A stretch of 63,593 nucleotides of DNA, the filler included, from Perkinsus chesapeaki ATCC PRA-425 (lineage: Eukaryota > Protista > Perkinsozoa): the NCBI GenBank assembly GCA_013115145.1. It is 8 parts of 8 records of this genome, joined end to end, with 100 filler letters (N's around TTAATTAATTAA, not from the genome) between each part and the next. Parts side by side here need not be neighbours in the genome. Positions count along the whole stretch, not along the records: positions 15,146 to 37,339 come from JAAPAO010000584.1; positions 37,440 to 41,260 come from JAAPAO010001352.1; 6 more parts are not named here. One strand, 5' to 3'. The first letter of the stretch is position 1. Every line of letters starts with the position of its first letter. The translations under genes were made by a program, and so were the position numbers. The notes beneath the pieces are model-generated. The model was not told the origin of the DNA, made no database searches, and saw only the letters and a program-made list of their open reading frames with translations. Positions 24,173 through 37,592 of the stretch are shown in pieces.

Positions 24173-27100
24173 CTACCGTCGTAGAACTGCTCGGCTAACT
24201 CTCAATGCGCCTTCTTCATCCTCATCAGACGAGGACGCTCTGCTCGACTTCGCTTCCGTCGGGGACTAACAGAAAATAACTGTACCATGATAACGCTTCG
24301 GATGATAACGCAGACCTTGGTCCGAGAAAACTCATTTCGGAACAATCGAATTCAAGCCCAAGAGAATGCACGCAAGCTCCAGCAGCCTCCGGTGGCACTT
24401 GATGAACTGACGGCGCATTGCTTACTCTTCGAGGGTAAGATCCAATGGCTTCTTGCAGCCCTTCCTTTCCATTGTGGAACTGTGACTTCGACCGGCTGCC
24501 AGGGGTATCTGAGATAGGAACACTGCCAGCCATCGCAACGACTGAAATTACCGCTGGATGCCGGCACGTGGCCGATGCTTGTCGGCGGAGTCTCACCGAG
24601 GCGCTGAGCAAAGGAATGTTTACGGCCCCCGTCCAAGACCACTCACCCTCTGGGACCCGGAAGAGTTTTGTCGAGTGCGTCGAAGAGCATCTTCGGTCTC
24701 TATCAGCTTAAGACGATACCGTTCCTTCTCCGATTCAGCATCCTGAAAGCCGGTGAAAATGGGACTTGTTCATAAAATATATCAGTCAGAACGCGCACTT
24801 ACGTGACCGTACTCTCACTTGCTCCGAGGAAGCTTGCAGTCTGCAAGTTGCAGAAAACTCCTACAAGCTCGTGTTTTCTGTGTAGAAGTTCACCCGCTCA
24901 TTTTCCGTCCTTTCATGAATTATACAATTGGAAACTCCCAGGAAAATTCAGACGAAAAATCCCGTTTTCCGATGTGGTAAACATGAACTGACGCACAACT
25001 GCGGCCGAGGCAGACTCGCTAACGTTGGCTAAAGACCCTATAGAAAGTTGACCAAGTAGTAAAACACGATACGGTTTCGATACGACTGATTGGGCTTGAT
25101 GTTCGACGCCGACCAGAATTGATCCTGCGTCGTCCGATTGAAAGAGCACATGCTTAACCCACTCACCTGCAATAGAGATGTGAACATCTTAGCATTGTCA
25201 CTTTCTTGTCGACTTTGTATCTTAGTAAGTTCTAATTCAGACTTCAACTTTGACAGTTGACTTCGTAATTCCGACACTTCGGTCGTGTGCTGTTGAGCCT
25301 GACCAAACCTGCCTCCTCCTCCTCCCTCGGCCCCTCACCGCTGAGTCCAACTGCTCTACAAGCCAGCTGTCAGCGTTGTCCACAACTGGGGTCCTGCCTG
25401 CGCGAATTTCCTTCAGTTCGCTCATCAATTTGGAGCTTCTATGGGACTCTTCCTGAAACTTCATTCGGACCCTTCTCGCACTCTTCTAGCAGTCGGAAAT
25501 ATACACCCATATTCCATTGCAATTTTCCTTCCCGGGGGTAACGCAGTGATGTTGCTTCTCCACTACAACTGTATGCTCTTTCCAGCTTTCCAATCCCTTA
25601 AATGCACATCTCTGCCAGATTCAACGAACCCCGTTCTAGCAAGGAGAGCCGCCGGACCCCGTTCTAGCAAGGACAGCCGCCGAACCCCGTTCCATTACTC
25701 ACCGCGTGCTGGATTTTAAATCGATCCCTCTCCTCTTTGATCTGGGATATCTCCTTCCGGAGGCTTCTCTGGTCGATCTCGTGCATCGCTGTCTGATGAG
25801 CAAAGCTGACTTTCCCAGACATAGAAGCTAACGTATGCGTTAACGGTATGACGGTAAAGTGGAAGCGAACGTCGGGTATACACTGGGATCCGATGTAGAC
25901 TTCCAACGACCAAGAAAGCATGACCGGATAATTTTATCAATGTCGAATACCATATGCCTGACTCACCAAATTATCGATTTCCCTCAGCAACTGTCCCTCC
26001 CTGTCAGGAGACACATAATCTCTTAATCTCTCCTTCAACTCCTCCCTAGCTCTACTCGCCGCCGAGCATCGCTCCTGCTCCAGTCTGAGCTCCTAAAAAT
26101 CTTGAAATCTTGCCATGACTTGCATCTTCTCAACGTTACCTTCTGCAGTGCTCCGTATGCTGATTCGAGCTTGGTGAATTCTATGCACTACAAATGACAG
26201 AATCTTGCTCAACCTTGCTATCTTGCATTTTCTCAACGCTACCCTGGAGCAAGAAGCCATTTGCACTTGACGCTGTTGGACTCGACGAGCCTCCGTTTTC
26301 CACTTGCGGACTTCAACTTTAAATATGTCTACAACTCTTTGAGCTGTTTGGTACTGAAAATCGGGACATGCTGCGAACACATGGACTCCTCAAGTTCGAC
26401 GAGGACACGCGCGATAAGCGAGTTATGACATAACAGACACTGTCCACTATGTGTGCAATATTGAGTATTTTGTGGCGCGCGGGAATAATTATACAGCTTC
26501 CCCTACAAAGTGCGGTAAACTACAACCATTCCACTCCAGCGAACGAGGAAGAAACTAACCAAATCGATCAGATGATCAATAGGGTGCTCCCACCTCTTCG
26601 GTCTTGTCCCTCAGTTTCTCTGTCAAATCTTTCACACGTTCCTCGAGGCTGCCAATCTGCACAGTATATTTAATGGCGCGTGACGGTTATACTGCAGCAG
26701 CATCTTGCCTCGGCCTTCAACGCCTTAACCAGAACCGCGTTCTCCTTTGCGGTTTTCTCCTGGGTTTCGTGCAGTTCTTTGTTGCTGTTGTTTGCCGCTT
26801 TCATCTTCTTATCGGCAGATTTCAACTACATCAGAGCAGGCTTGTTGAAGCAGTTTGAGATATCATCTGCCTCGTCTTTGTCGAACTCAAAGACGACAGG
26901 AGATCGAATGTGCGCAACTAGTGGGATGGCAACACTTGATGATTGCCGATTGCTGATTGATGATGATTATTAATTCTTCTGGTTAGCAAGCAGTAATAAT
27001 GAAATATATATATGTTGTGAAGTGAGAAGTGCGGAGGACACTTCATACAATCTACTTCATTTCCCGGCAAGTGCCGCCAGCGATGATTTGATCAGGGAAA

Positions 27101-29929
27101 CTAGAGTTCGGCTGCCCAAGACGCCGAATAGATAGTCCAGTCCGAACAAGCAGTATGCGGAAAATGTTCCACCACCCCACCTGGTTGGAGAGATCCTTTC
27201 TTGTCGCCTGAAGTTGGTCCCTTTCTGATTCTAACTGACGTACCTTCAATTCCAATGCCTAAGTACAACTACAGATTCACATGGACCTATACAATATTAA
27301 CAATGGCACTCTCCATCACAGGTTCAACTTTCCTTATTCCAGATTATATCAATCCCTACGCGCCACGAAATTCCACGAGTATGCGTGCTCTTTTGCAGAA
27401 CACTGTTCTCTACGCAACGATACTTTACATATTTCATGCTACTTTGAAAACTGACGGAAAAGTCATAGAAGAACACTTATTGCGAAACTTTTGTTGCGCC
27501 TCGTATAGATGCTCCACACATTCCTACTCCAGGCAACTCAGAAGGATCATAACCCTATAAATCGAGTGCATGCAAGATAAGGGCCACTTTGGAACGATAT
27601 CCCGAGTAGTCTATCGGGGATTCGCATTGACACGCCGATCCACCGCGAAGAAATAACTCATCAGTATCGCAAAGCGTTCCCTCCGTCCGCGTAGCGGAGG
27701 TAGCATTTGTCACAGAACAAGCTACCGGCCCTGTCCCTCACTGATTTCATGCGATTGAGCTCCCCCAGTCTGATATTTTTGGCCCGCAACTCCATCAATT
27801 GTGTTTCGCTCCTCATTTGCAGATCCTTGTATTCGGCAGGAGTACTTAGGAATATCACTTGTTATTTTTCTGACACCTCTAGCTGTACCAGACACCCTGC
27901 TCCTGCTCCTCCTCCAAGCCATCTTCACCATTTTCATTACTACTCTCTTTAGCCTGTACAGCCGCCTCAATGGCCGCTGGACCGGGCTCGGTTTGGGCTG
28001 TTACAGTTGATAACGTAACTGTGACGTGAAGTGTTAGAATGCTAGAGATTAGGCGAGGTGCCGGGGAGAATTAAAATTGAACGGGCAAGCGTCCCGCTAG
28101 CTCTGCGAACACTTTATGATCATCTGTCGAGAGAACTTCACAATTCAGCTTAGGGGCCCCATCAAGGTTCAGCCACAAAACTTCTAGAACTTCTCACCAG
28201 AGCGGTATGAAACTGTGGTGACGATCTCTGATCGGCGGATACTTCTGCGACGAGTGGCAATTTTTCGGAATTCCGGGGAGGGCAATTTAAGCTGACCTGA
28301 TGGAGTTTGGGATTCCGCAGCGCAATGGTTCGCTGATTTTGAGAGGGTTTGGGCAGCGGTCGACGTCGAGTCGGGCTCACTCGTTTGAGCACTTTGCTCA
28401 ATAGTTCGTGAAATATCTGAGGTCGAAGTGTGAAAGATGCAAGGTAGGTACACAATTGCTCTTACTGTCTCCTCTGAGATACTTTTCTCTTATTCTTCGT
28501 TTCTCCAACTTTAATGCTGTTTCCACCGCAGCGAATATCTCATCGCACATCTATAAACAGTTGAAGCATCAGCTTCCACCGACCAGTCTTCACCTTGTCC
28601 CGGCGCCCTTCTTCAACTGGCTCCCCACAGCTCTCGCTCCCCCGATCTCCATCTGAGGATGCCTCCTCAGTGGCAACCACACCCGGAAGATTTCCGCCCT
28701 CCTAACAGAGCTCCTGCCAAACTGCCACATTCGCAAGGCTACATTGTAGGCCCGCATCGGAGGCATCACCCGGCACAATTGCGGTGCTGGTGGTTGGTGT
28801 TGGTGTTGAAACCAGTACACTGGCGGCTGAGCGCACTGCTGCGGAGCAAATTGTGCGCTTGGATAGAACATAGCGTTCGTGGTCATAGGTCTAATGCAAT
28901 GAGTTCAGTTCTGCCTAATCGTATTATCTCACGTGTGCATGAGCCCCGGCGGTGGATGCATGATGGGCATATATGGTGCTGGATGTGGCAAGGGCAGCCG
29001 GGCAGGAGGAGGCAGGCCCTCTAGTGGCAGATGGGATGTTGCTACTGGTGTGCCTGGTCGATTCGATTCACCACTTACGTGCATCGAATAGGTATACGAT
29101 TACGATCGAAGATATTCGTTAATAGTACAACAACTTTCACGCCAATAGAAGTAGCAAGCAAAAAATAGGTAACAGCAAAACGAACCCTGGTTGCGAGTGA
29201 ACAAAGTGAAGGGGAAGCCATCGAGTACAAGGGCAATAAAACATCGAAGAACCCGTTATAAAACCAGACAAGCGATAAACAAAAAACCCCAGGAATTTCG
29301 GAAAATTTCGAAGTAGTTTTCCGACACTAGACCTTTTACTATGGATTAGTATATTTGACGTTATTACTCTCACATATCCCTTCAACAACAACAACCCTAC
29401 CAAGAACGCATTCTCACCGTTTTCTGTGTCGGGGAAAGTCTCACGCTCCGAGCACATCCCACTGTCATACGAGACACCGCCAACTTCATCATCCTGATAA
29501 CCACCACCACAAAGAGTATCTTACAATCTTCATAGTGCGCATTCATCTCACCTCATTCGCAATTCCACGGCCTTCATTACAATAATCTAAAACTGGAATG
29601 CCAGCAATGCCCTGAATCACAAGCCTACTCTCCTCGCACCTTTCCTGGCCTTCAAGCGCTGAGACCTCCAACGGCACTAACAGAAACCTAGGCACATCCA
29701 AGCCCCTCAGATCTTTACCGTTAGACGCTGTATAGATCTTCTGCGTGCTGTCTACGGTCTTGCGAGGAGTCGGCCAATAGTTATGGGACACTCCTTCCAC
29801 CGGGGAGTTCCTAAGGTAGGTCAGAGCAAGGTCTATCGGAGGCTATGGGCACTACCATGGTAGCTCATCTGTTGTGTCGTATGCGGAAGCACCACCACCA
29901 TCATCACGCTGTGCTGAGACTTGTGACAT
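24173..29929 (-). CDS. Large multi-exon hypothetical protein with a Pro/Gln-rich N-terminal part and a long coiled-coil C-terminal part; may be two genes split near 28100
   Basis: ATG at 29929 with phase-consistent introns; P/Q-rich exons at 28590-29020; heptad-rich exons (EYKDLQMRSETQLMELRAKN, ELKVRQLESERDQLQ, LRKEISQIKEERDRF, SELRSQLSKLKSELE); stop at 24173. Confidence 0.6.
25626..25692. repeat. 28-nt tandem repeat, about 2.4 copies
   Basis: g(a/g)accccgttctagcaagga(g/c)agccgcc. Confidence 0.9.
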
Positions 29930-30762
29930 GGATAGTTATAATATTATTGCACTGAGCCTCTAGCACTAATACTACTTGTTAAAAGTATTACTACACAGAG
30001 GGAACGCTATAATCAATGACCTCAATATGAGTACTACGTAGTTAACTCATCTGTATCTTGATGATTGTAACGATCACACTATTGCACTATGTCTTTAGCA
30101 CTTCTAATGACCAATACTACTTATAATCTCTACAGTAGTAAGCTTTACTGTACTTTACTCAGTGAGTAAGGACTTGAATACCAATAACAGCAGCCCAACG
30201 CTGGCTTTCACACCATCGAATAGACGATTTGTGATTCCCACCAACGTCGTCAGAGGATGGCAGCATCCGAGGCAATTTAATAAATTCCTCAATCGCTTGA
30301 TCGTTCGACACCTTTCCGATGGTATTATCATTCAGCTATAAGACTACACTTGAAGGAGCCGTGCGCAAGAAGGGAATATATCCCCATAGGAGCCCTGGTG
30401 GATTCCTATAGCCCCCATTTCATGAGCAGTTTGTTCTTTGCAACAAAATCCTCGAGCCGTGTATGGACGAAAAAAAGGATGACGAAACCAAACAGGTTCC
30501 TGTTGTATTGTAACTGGCTGAACTCTATTACCAATCGTATTGAAGCGATAAATTTCTACTCGTATCCGACTGGATAGGCGATTGGCAAGCCATCCAAGGC
30601 GTCCAAATCAGAAGTCATCGACGTTGTTAGAAGTCCGACGATTATGCGAGAAAATCCGCTGCCGCGTGTTTTTACACGTGCTAAAACTTTACCGTGTTGC
30701 GCACATTTTGCTTCGCGTCACTCTCTTTCAATAGACTCCTTAGTACTACGGTCCCACGAGTT

Positions 30763-33700
30763 ATGTCGGGTAAAAGGAAGGAGCTAATTATAGGTAGTAA
30801 CTCTGGGGAGAGGCACGGACAAACACATCCGCTCTTTGGAAGGATTTCTGGGCCCCAGAATCTGGGGTTCCCATTCGACCGATTTCTCCTGCGCCATTTC
30901 GTCCGATCTCTCCTGGCACCGCCGACGATCTCCCTCGGTGCTGAAATTCCTTAGGCTCGGTTGGGGTCCTCGAGAACCTTCTACTGGTTGTATAAACGGC
31001 TATCCAACTGAGGGGCAGGGAGAGGAACTGAGGGAGACGGCTAACTGATCGACTTTGGAACATGCGCGGAGCTCGGGCAAATCAGCGCGATATGGCTGGA
31101 TCTTTACTAATATTCGCCAAATTTAATATGAAAATCTCCCTCGTATAGTGGACGTCTCGCTGATCTTGGCGGTTTTCAGGATTAAGTTCGCCTGCTTCGG
31201 CGGTGGCGCTCTGCTCATATTTCGATACTTTCGGTGACATTGAATGTCTGGACCTATCTGGGATGTATGAAGCGGATACGTCAAATACCGCTGCGGCGAG
31301 GATCAGGTGGGGGATTCGAACCTGGACCGATACAAGGGTAGCTGTCTGCTCTACCGTCCGACTATATCAACAGATACTTCGACAACCGCGCTCCTATCCT
31401 TGCAATGAACCATCTGAAAGGAGTCAGCATTCTTGCGCCCAAGGTACCCCAATTCTATTTTTTCCACCTTCATCCTCCGCTGTCGCCTCCCCAGGTAGTC
31501 GAAGTCGACCCCCTGTCAACTGGCGCCCCGGAAAGCATCAGCATCTCCGACGTTTCGCTCAGTGCAAGCTCGGCGAAGTCCTCGGGCGAGGTTAACATAT
31601 CAAACCTGCGCTGGAAGGTTGGTGAGACCCTTGGCTGTTGTGAGAAGTTCGGTGACATGTAAGCATTCCCATTGGCCTTCACGGGCCTAACAAGCTCGCT
31701 TAGTGATCTCATCAACGGCGAGCCAGTTGCCGGTTTACCCTATAAACCTAACTCGGAGTCCATGGCACTTACAGTCACGTTTTACGACAAGCGAGCTGCC
31801 GACAATTTTTTAAGGGTAAGTTGGTAGCCCGATCAACGCCGCCGCCGATGCTGCTGTGGTGAGGGTGAAGTCACTGACAGGTGTTGAAATCTGTAAAGGG
31901 TAAACGTCGAGCATCGGAAAACCTCAGCGATAGAGCATGGGAGAATAAGGAAGCAGGGGAAGAGACCTTCGTAAGCAGTCCAATGGAGAAAGAGCATACG
32001 AGCATTATTGTTGCTCCTCCTCTCAGACCCGAAGGACCACCGTACCCGCGATGACTGCCGGCAAACTAAGTACTGCCTTCTCCTCCTCCCTCACTGTAAA
32101 GATAGCTTCTCAGATCCCGTTGCGGCGCAATTGGCCTCCCTCGCAGGTGACCATGGTGAAGTATCATCGTTCCCGCAGTCTGGTAAGCTCTTGTCTTTTC
32201 GATCGCCGCCGCCGAGCACGGTTTGCGTCTCAGATGCTATTCGCCTAGCAGCCGCGCGTCACGTCACAGAGGGAACTGCCGCCGCCTCCTCCTCTTCGGA
32301 AGCCAATCCGGCACTTTACGCTGATTACTCTGGCTCTCCTAGGGATGGGTTCCAATTCGGTCCGGCGAGTCTTGCCGAGACGGTTGCGGTGATCATCGCA
32401 ACCTCCCAAAAGAGCGGGAAGCAGCTGGAGCTCTCGGTGGCCGAGAGGAAGGGTATGGTCTGTGAAACTTTAAGGGAGTGGGGGAAGCCTTTTATTCCTG
32501 ATGACATGAAAAATATCCCACCTGCGCCGGCGGGGGAGGCGGCGAGTTCACCAAAATCTGCTGATACCAAGGAGGATGATGTTAATGATGATGATGCCGG
32601 AAAAGATGCAATGTCGGATGTGCCCAAGTGCACATCGTCATCACAACCTTCGGATGCTGGAGGTAGGTTGCTTATCGGGCTTGGTGCTGGAGTCGGTCGT
32701 GAAGCTTGAGCCTTCTAATCCATTATTTTCCCACTCCCACCCACTTGACTCTGTGTAATGTGAACAGACGCCCCTCATCCATGCCAGACGTTTTCCGATG
32801 AATCACCCGGAAGATTGCGCAGCCCCCAGTTCTCCGAAGTCGTCAACTTACCATCATTCCCCTAACTCCTCAGGTATACCAGAAAGAGCGGCCTTCTCCG
32901 AGTAACCGGCATCCCGTCCAGGTTTTCCCCTACTACACCGGCTACTTCGTAAAACAGATTGGGCTTGAGCTGCTGTCTATCACCAACCGACAACTTTTCT
33001 GGCATAACACTGTTGGCCGAGTTCACAGGACCCCTACAATTTCTCCTATTAAGTGACATTTCATGTCATCGCCTCCTCATTCTCCTTCACTATCAAGGCA
33101 TCAGCCGACAGCGGCGGCGGCGGCGGTGAGGCAGCGCTCTTCGAGCCAGTCTGAGTCAGGCGGTAGTGTCAATCCCGCTGCCCAGCGAGAAGCAACGGAA
33201 GGCGGCCAGCCCATACAACAGCAACAACAGCGAGGCGATTATGACCCACCACCACCATCGATGACGACTCCGGTCTACCTGGCCTTGGGTAAGCTCCCCT
33301 GCGGCGGCAGCGGCGCCCTGGCAACTGCCCTCCCCCTCATGAGAGGATCTCTGCTCAGGTCTTGGTCGTCCAGTTCCTTTGAGTACATTGGCTATTTTTT
33401 TCGAGTCCTTCGGGGAGGCTGAGTCATTAGATTGCTCTCGTATGCTTACCGAAGTCTCTGACCCATATGCGGTATATCTAAGGTAACCAACCCACCCCAC
33501 CACCACCGCCACCACCACGATTTATCAGTTTCTTTGATCGTCGCGTAACAGAGGCAGTCTACAGTAGATTTGGGGATGCATCAGTCGAGGAACCAAGGGT
33601 GATCATAATGCCGCCAACCGCTTGTTCGATCATCATCTTCTCATTCTTAGTGCGCCGCAATTTCGCGCGCTGGTTCCTCCTCCTCCTCTTCCCCGATGCA

Positions 33701-35787
33701 GCAGCAGCAGCATCCTACCTCACCCCCTGAATCAACCCCATCAAAGGAGGTGCCGCCAACAGTTGAAGTTATCGCTATCACTTCATGCCGGATTGAGTCA
33801 TCAAAGTGAGCCTGCCTCCGTCATCGTCATCATGTCTGCTTGCCACTTTTGCCCAGGTTTTACCCCACCACTGATCCTAGGCTGGTCGATATCACCCATC
33901 TGTGCTGGAGTTTGCCCGAGGCCATCCAGTGTTGTTCCGAGTTTGGTGCACTGTAGGAGGGAGCGTTGAGGTTCACTGATGAGGTAGATGTTATTGTTGC
34001 AGGGCATCGGTGAACGGAGGACCCTTGGCGGCGTCACCGAGCGGTTCCTCGGAGATCTGCCAACAAGTAGAATTCTTTGATAGTCGATCGGCGGACGCCT
34101 TCCGGGGCGCTATAAAAGTCCTCGAGGGTGAGGGGCCAATTTCTGGTGTTGAAGAAGGAGGGGAAGGTGGGTCGATGTTGGTGCTGCCGACGGCGAAGGC
34201 TCTATCTCAGGATCAGTCCCGGAGGAGCCCCCGATGACGATGTCACCACCACCGGCGGCGGCGGCGTCCATGGTGGCAACACAGCAGCCTTTAATTAGTG
34301 TAACTTCCGCGCTGGAAGAAGGGTTACCGCTATCACCGCAGCAACAGCCTCCTCCTCATCCTTCTCCGCTGGAAGCAATGCCAGCACAACTCGCTTCGAT
34401 GGTTGGTAAGTGATACTCTTATCCACAGCCCTCCGAAATGCACATGCTGCCGTTAACTTGTAGGCGGACGATTCACTCCATCGCCAACATCACCTCCTAA
34501 GTATCTTACCAGCCAAGTTGCGAGATCTCTTGCACGGTTTTATCGAGGCGTAGGTATGGCCGACTTCATGCCAACCGCCGGTAAGGTCTGTGGACCGGAC
34601 GCCGCCATCGATGCATTCTCCTCCTACACGATTGTCCCAGGGACTTCATCCTCGTCCTCCTCCTCCCCAGCAGCAGCAGCAACAGCAGCAGTGGCCTCAT
34701 TGATGTCCAGTCTAGCTGGAGCTCAGACTTCACCAAATGCTACAGCACTCTCTACGCTGGCACAAATGACAACAGGTGGATTCGAAGGGGCAATGCAGCA
34801 GCAGCAGACTACGGAGGCGGAACACGAAGGAAGCGTGGTAGCATTGAGCGCATGAAAAAAGTCACGCGCCACGATATTATTGTGTCTTCAGAATGCAACC
34901 ACTGTGATGGTACGGAATATCCCCCCCGCTTATACAAGTTCCAAGCTGCTTCAAGAGATCCTAGAGACCTTGTAAGCCTCGGTGTAGTCTCTGTCGGCAT
35001 CCTTTCCACCGCCTCCGTCCAAATAGGTTGGAGAATTCTGCTGAGGATGAGCTAGCGGCGGTAAACGCGTCGGTTAGCGCTCCGTTTGGGATCGACTTTG
35101 TCTATCTCCCCTTCAACCTCAAGAATCGTGCTGGAGTGAGTTTCGTCATACCCCACATCATGGCCATCGCCTCTCTTCATCAGGTCAGCTACGGTTTCGT
35201 GAATTTAGCGACACCTGAAGATCTCCAGCGGTTCTACGATCGCTTTAACCAACATATTTGGCGCTCTGGCATGAGCCGAGCTCACAATGGAGGAGAGAGG
35301 AAGCCCTGCGAGATGTCATCTGCTAGGCTTCAAGGCCAACAAGCTCTGGTAAGCAGCAGCAGTCTGAATGTGGCTTCTTCCAGTCCTTTATTACTCTCAG
35401 ATTGAAGCGTTTGTGAATCGTCTACATGCCAAATCGGAGCATATACCTCTTCCCGCGCGCCCATTAATTTACGACCCTACGGCCGCCTTCACAAAGCAAT
35501 CTCACACCTCTCCCTCCGCTCTGGCCGCCTCACCGCCGCCGCCAGTGCCGACTATCCCACGATCGTTCCAGCAGCAACGACAGCGTCACCATCATCACCC
35601 TCGGCAACAACAACAACAAGGGTGGCCCTCCTCACCGAGCTTTTCCGGCTTCCGTTCTCAAGCTCCGATCTCCCCGAGCAAACGGTCTTCGCCAGGCGGG
35701 CCTACGGGTGGTCAGCGACCTCCACGATCGACCACGGTCTCACCGAGACACCCTCCTGGTGGGGGGCAGCAAGTATTCCCACGATAA
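30763..35787 (+). CDS. Mei2-like RNA-binding protein (two N-terminal RRMs, a low-complexity middle and a C-terminal Mei2-type RRM); start uncertain
   Basis: YFDTFGDIECLD, RYFDNRAPILAM, LTVTFYDKRAADNF; TTVMVRNIPPAYTSSKLL, IDFVYLPFNLKNRAG|VSYGFVNL..FYDRFNQHIW..KPCEMSSARLQGQQAL. Confidence 0.88.
31307..31373 (-). pseudogene. tRNA-like relic that makes up nearly all of a 67-nt intron (antisense)
   Basis: The intron gt..ag is phase-consistent with both flanks. Its reverse complement is CTGTTGATATAGTCGGACGGTAGAGCAGACAG...GGTCCAGGTTCGAATCCCCCAC, with A- and B-box spacing like a tRNA. Confidence 0.5.
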
Positions 35788-36237
35788 GACTGATAGTGCT
35801 AAGCTGCTGCTGCTGCTGCTGATGTTACGATGAATATCATCATGGCGTCGTCATCGTTTTCCTTTCATATTATCATCTGACACAAATTAAGAGACATTTT
35901 GGTCATCACGTCATCCCTTTAAAATGATGATGGTGCCCCCCATCCCTCATGTCTCGTTGATGATGATGGTTATGGTTGATGAGGCTTTGTAGAATTAAAA
36001 ACCGCCAATTGATGATGGTGATTCATCTTGATAATAATCTCATCACCCACTTTACTACAGCTAATCATCATCGTCACCCGCTCGAGTAGCGACATACTTC
36101 TTCACGGGTTTTTGGAATATATATAAAATGGTTTTAATAAATCCCAATTTGTATTATGGCGACCGTGGTTATCCTCCCCCCTCCAGCTCCATCTGCTCCA
36201 CCTGCTGCTGCTGCTGCTGATGATGATGATGATGCCT

Positions 36238-36470
36238 CTACCACTACTACCACTACTACCACTACTACCACTACTACCACTACTACCACTACTACCACTA
36301 CTACCACTACTACCACTACTANNNNNNNNNNNNNNNNNNNNNNNNNNNNNNNNNNNNNNNNNNNNNNNNNNNNNNNNNNNNNNNNNNNNNNNNNNNNNNN
36401 NNNNNNNNNNNNNNNNNNCTACCACTGCTACCACTACTACCACTACTACCACTACTACCACTACTACCAC
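36238..36470. repeat. (CCACTACTA)n microsatellite spanning an internal N gap (36322-36418)
   Basis: Pure 9-nt repeat on both sides of the gap. Confidence 0.95.
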
Positions 36471-36918
36471 TGCTCACCCTATCACCGTCACATTATATAT
36501 GTACATTGTTATGAGGTTAAGTTGTATTGCAGTGCTGGTGCTAATGGCTCATCATGCTGTTGCTGCTCCAGCTGATGATGATGATGATGACCATGTCCAC
36601 ATGGACGAGTTTTGATACTATTATCGCGATACTTGCAGAAAATATGCAGGAGGGATGAAGTATCAGTACTGGCGATCATCCTTACAGTTATACATGTTAT
36701 TTTTTTATTGGATCATCATCATTATCATCGTTGTTGTTACTTATCCTCCTGCTCCTAGGCTTTCTGGGTCGTCGACGTCTTTAGACTTTTGAGTACAAAC
36801 AAGCAGCTGTAGGGGTTAATCTATAATATGCATTTTTTGTGTTGTCAATAACTATCATCTCCCGCTAACTAGCTCGGCATCCGTCGACCAATTCTAGGTG
36901 TTCCTCATTGCCTCTTTC

Positions 36919-37339
36919 ATGGTCTACTACAGTGGGCCATCGATCACCCTATTCTTCATAGTAGCTTCTCAAGCCATTAAGGGATACGAAACACTAACAC
37001 CTGCACGACTTCTCCCTGGAGGAGGGGTGCTCGCACCTGACCAACAATCGGCAGTGCCTGTCTCGTCTGCGGAGGCCAGTCTGGCTCAGGCAAGCCTTGT
37101 CGGACAACAACAACAACAACAACAGCAGCAAGGGCAACAGTTACAGCCACTACTACAACAGCAGCAAGGGCAACAGTTACAGCCACTACAACAGCAGCAG
37201 CAAGGGCAACAGTTACAGCCACTACTACAACAGCAGCAAGGGCAACAGTTACAGCCACTACAACAGCAGCAGCAAGGGCAACAGTTACAGCCACTACTAC
37301 AACAGCAGCAAGGGCAACAGTTACAGCCACTACAACAGC
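36919..37339 (+). CDS. Putative secreted glutamine-rich repeat protein, truncated by a spacer
   Basis: Signal-like MVYYSGPSITLFFIVASQAIKG, then 36-nt tandem units encoding QQQQGQQLQPL(L/Q). Confidence 0.7.
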
Positions 37340-37439
37340 NNNNNNNNNNNNNNNNNNNNNNNNNNNNNNNNNNNNNNNNNNNNTTAATTAATTAANNNNN
37401 NNNNNNNNNNNNNNNNNNNNNNNNNNNNNNNNNNNNNNN

Positions 37440-37592
37440 GCTGCTTGCTACTATCTTGCGGCACTTAGCGAAGACTTTCCTGATGAAGCCTATATCACCT
37501 GTTGCTACGATGGCCCAGGTAAGGCGGAGAAATATGAGGCCTTTTTTACTAATGCGAGCAAGAGAGGGCTAAACCACAAGCATCGCCGCTAG
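37440..37592 (+). CDS. 3' exon of small paralogous family, copy A
   Basis: AACYYLAALSEDFPDEAYITCCYDGPGKAEKYEAFFTNASKRGLNHKHRR*, homologous to copy B including the 3' flank. Confidence 0.6.
   Translation, partial: AACYYLAALSEDFPDEAYITCCYDGPGKAEKYEAFFTNASKRGLNHKHRR

Noticed and set aside
13928-31373. Functional tRNA genes
   Set aside because: None of the tRNA-like segments has a complete cloverleaf or intact anticodon arm; reported only as relics.
36102-36470. Poly-Val, poly-Ser-Ser-Gly and LLP ORFs
   Set aside because: Alternative frames of the 9-nt microsatellite read through Ns.
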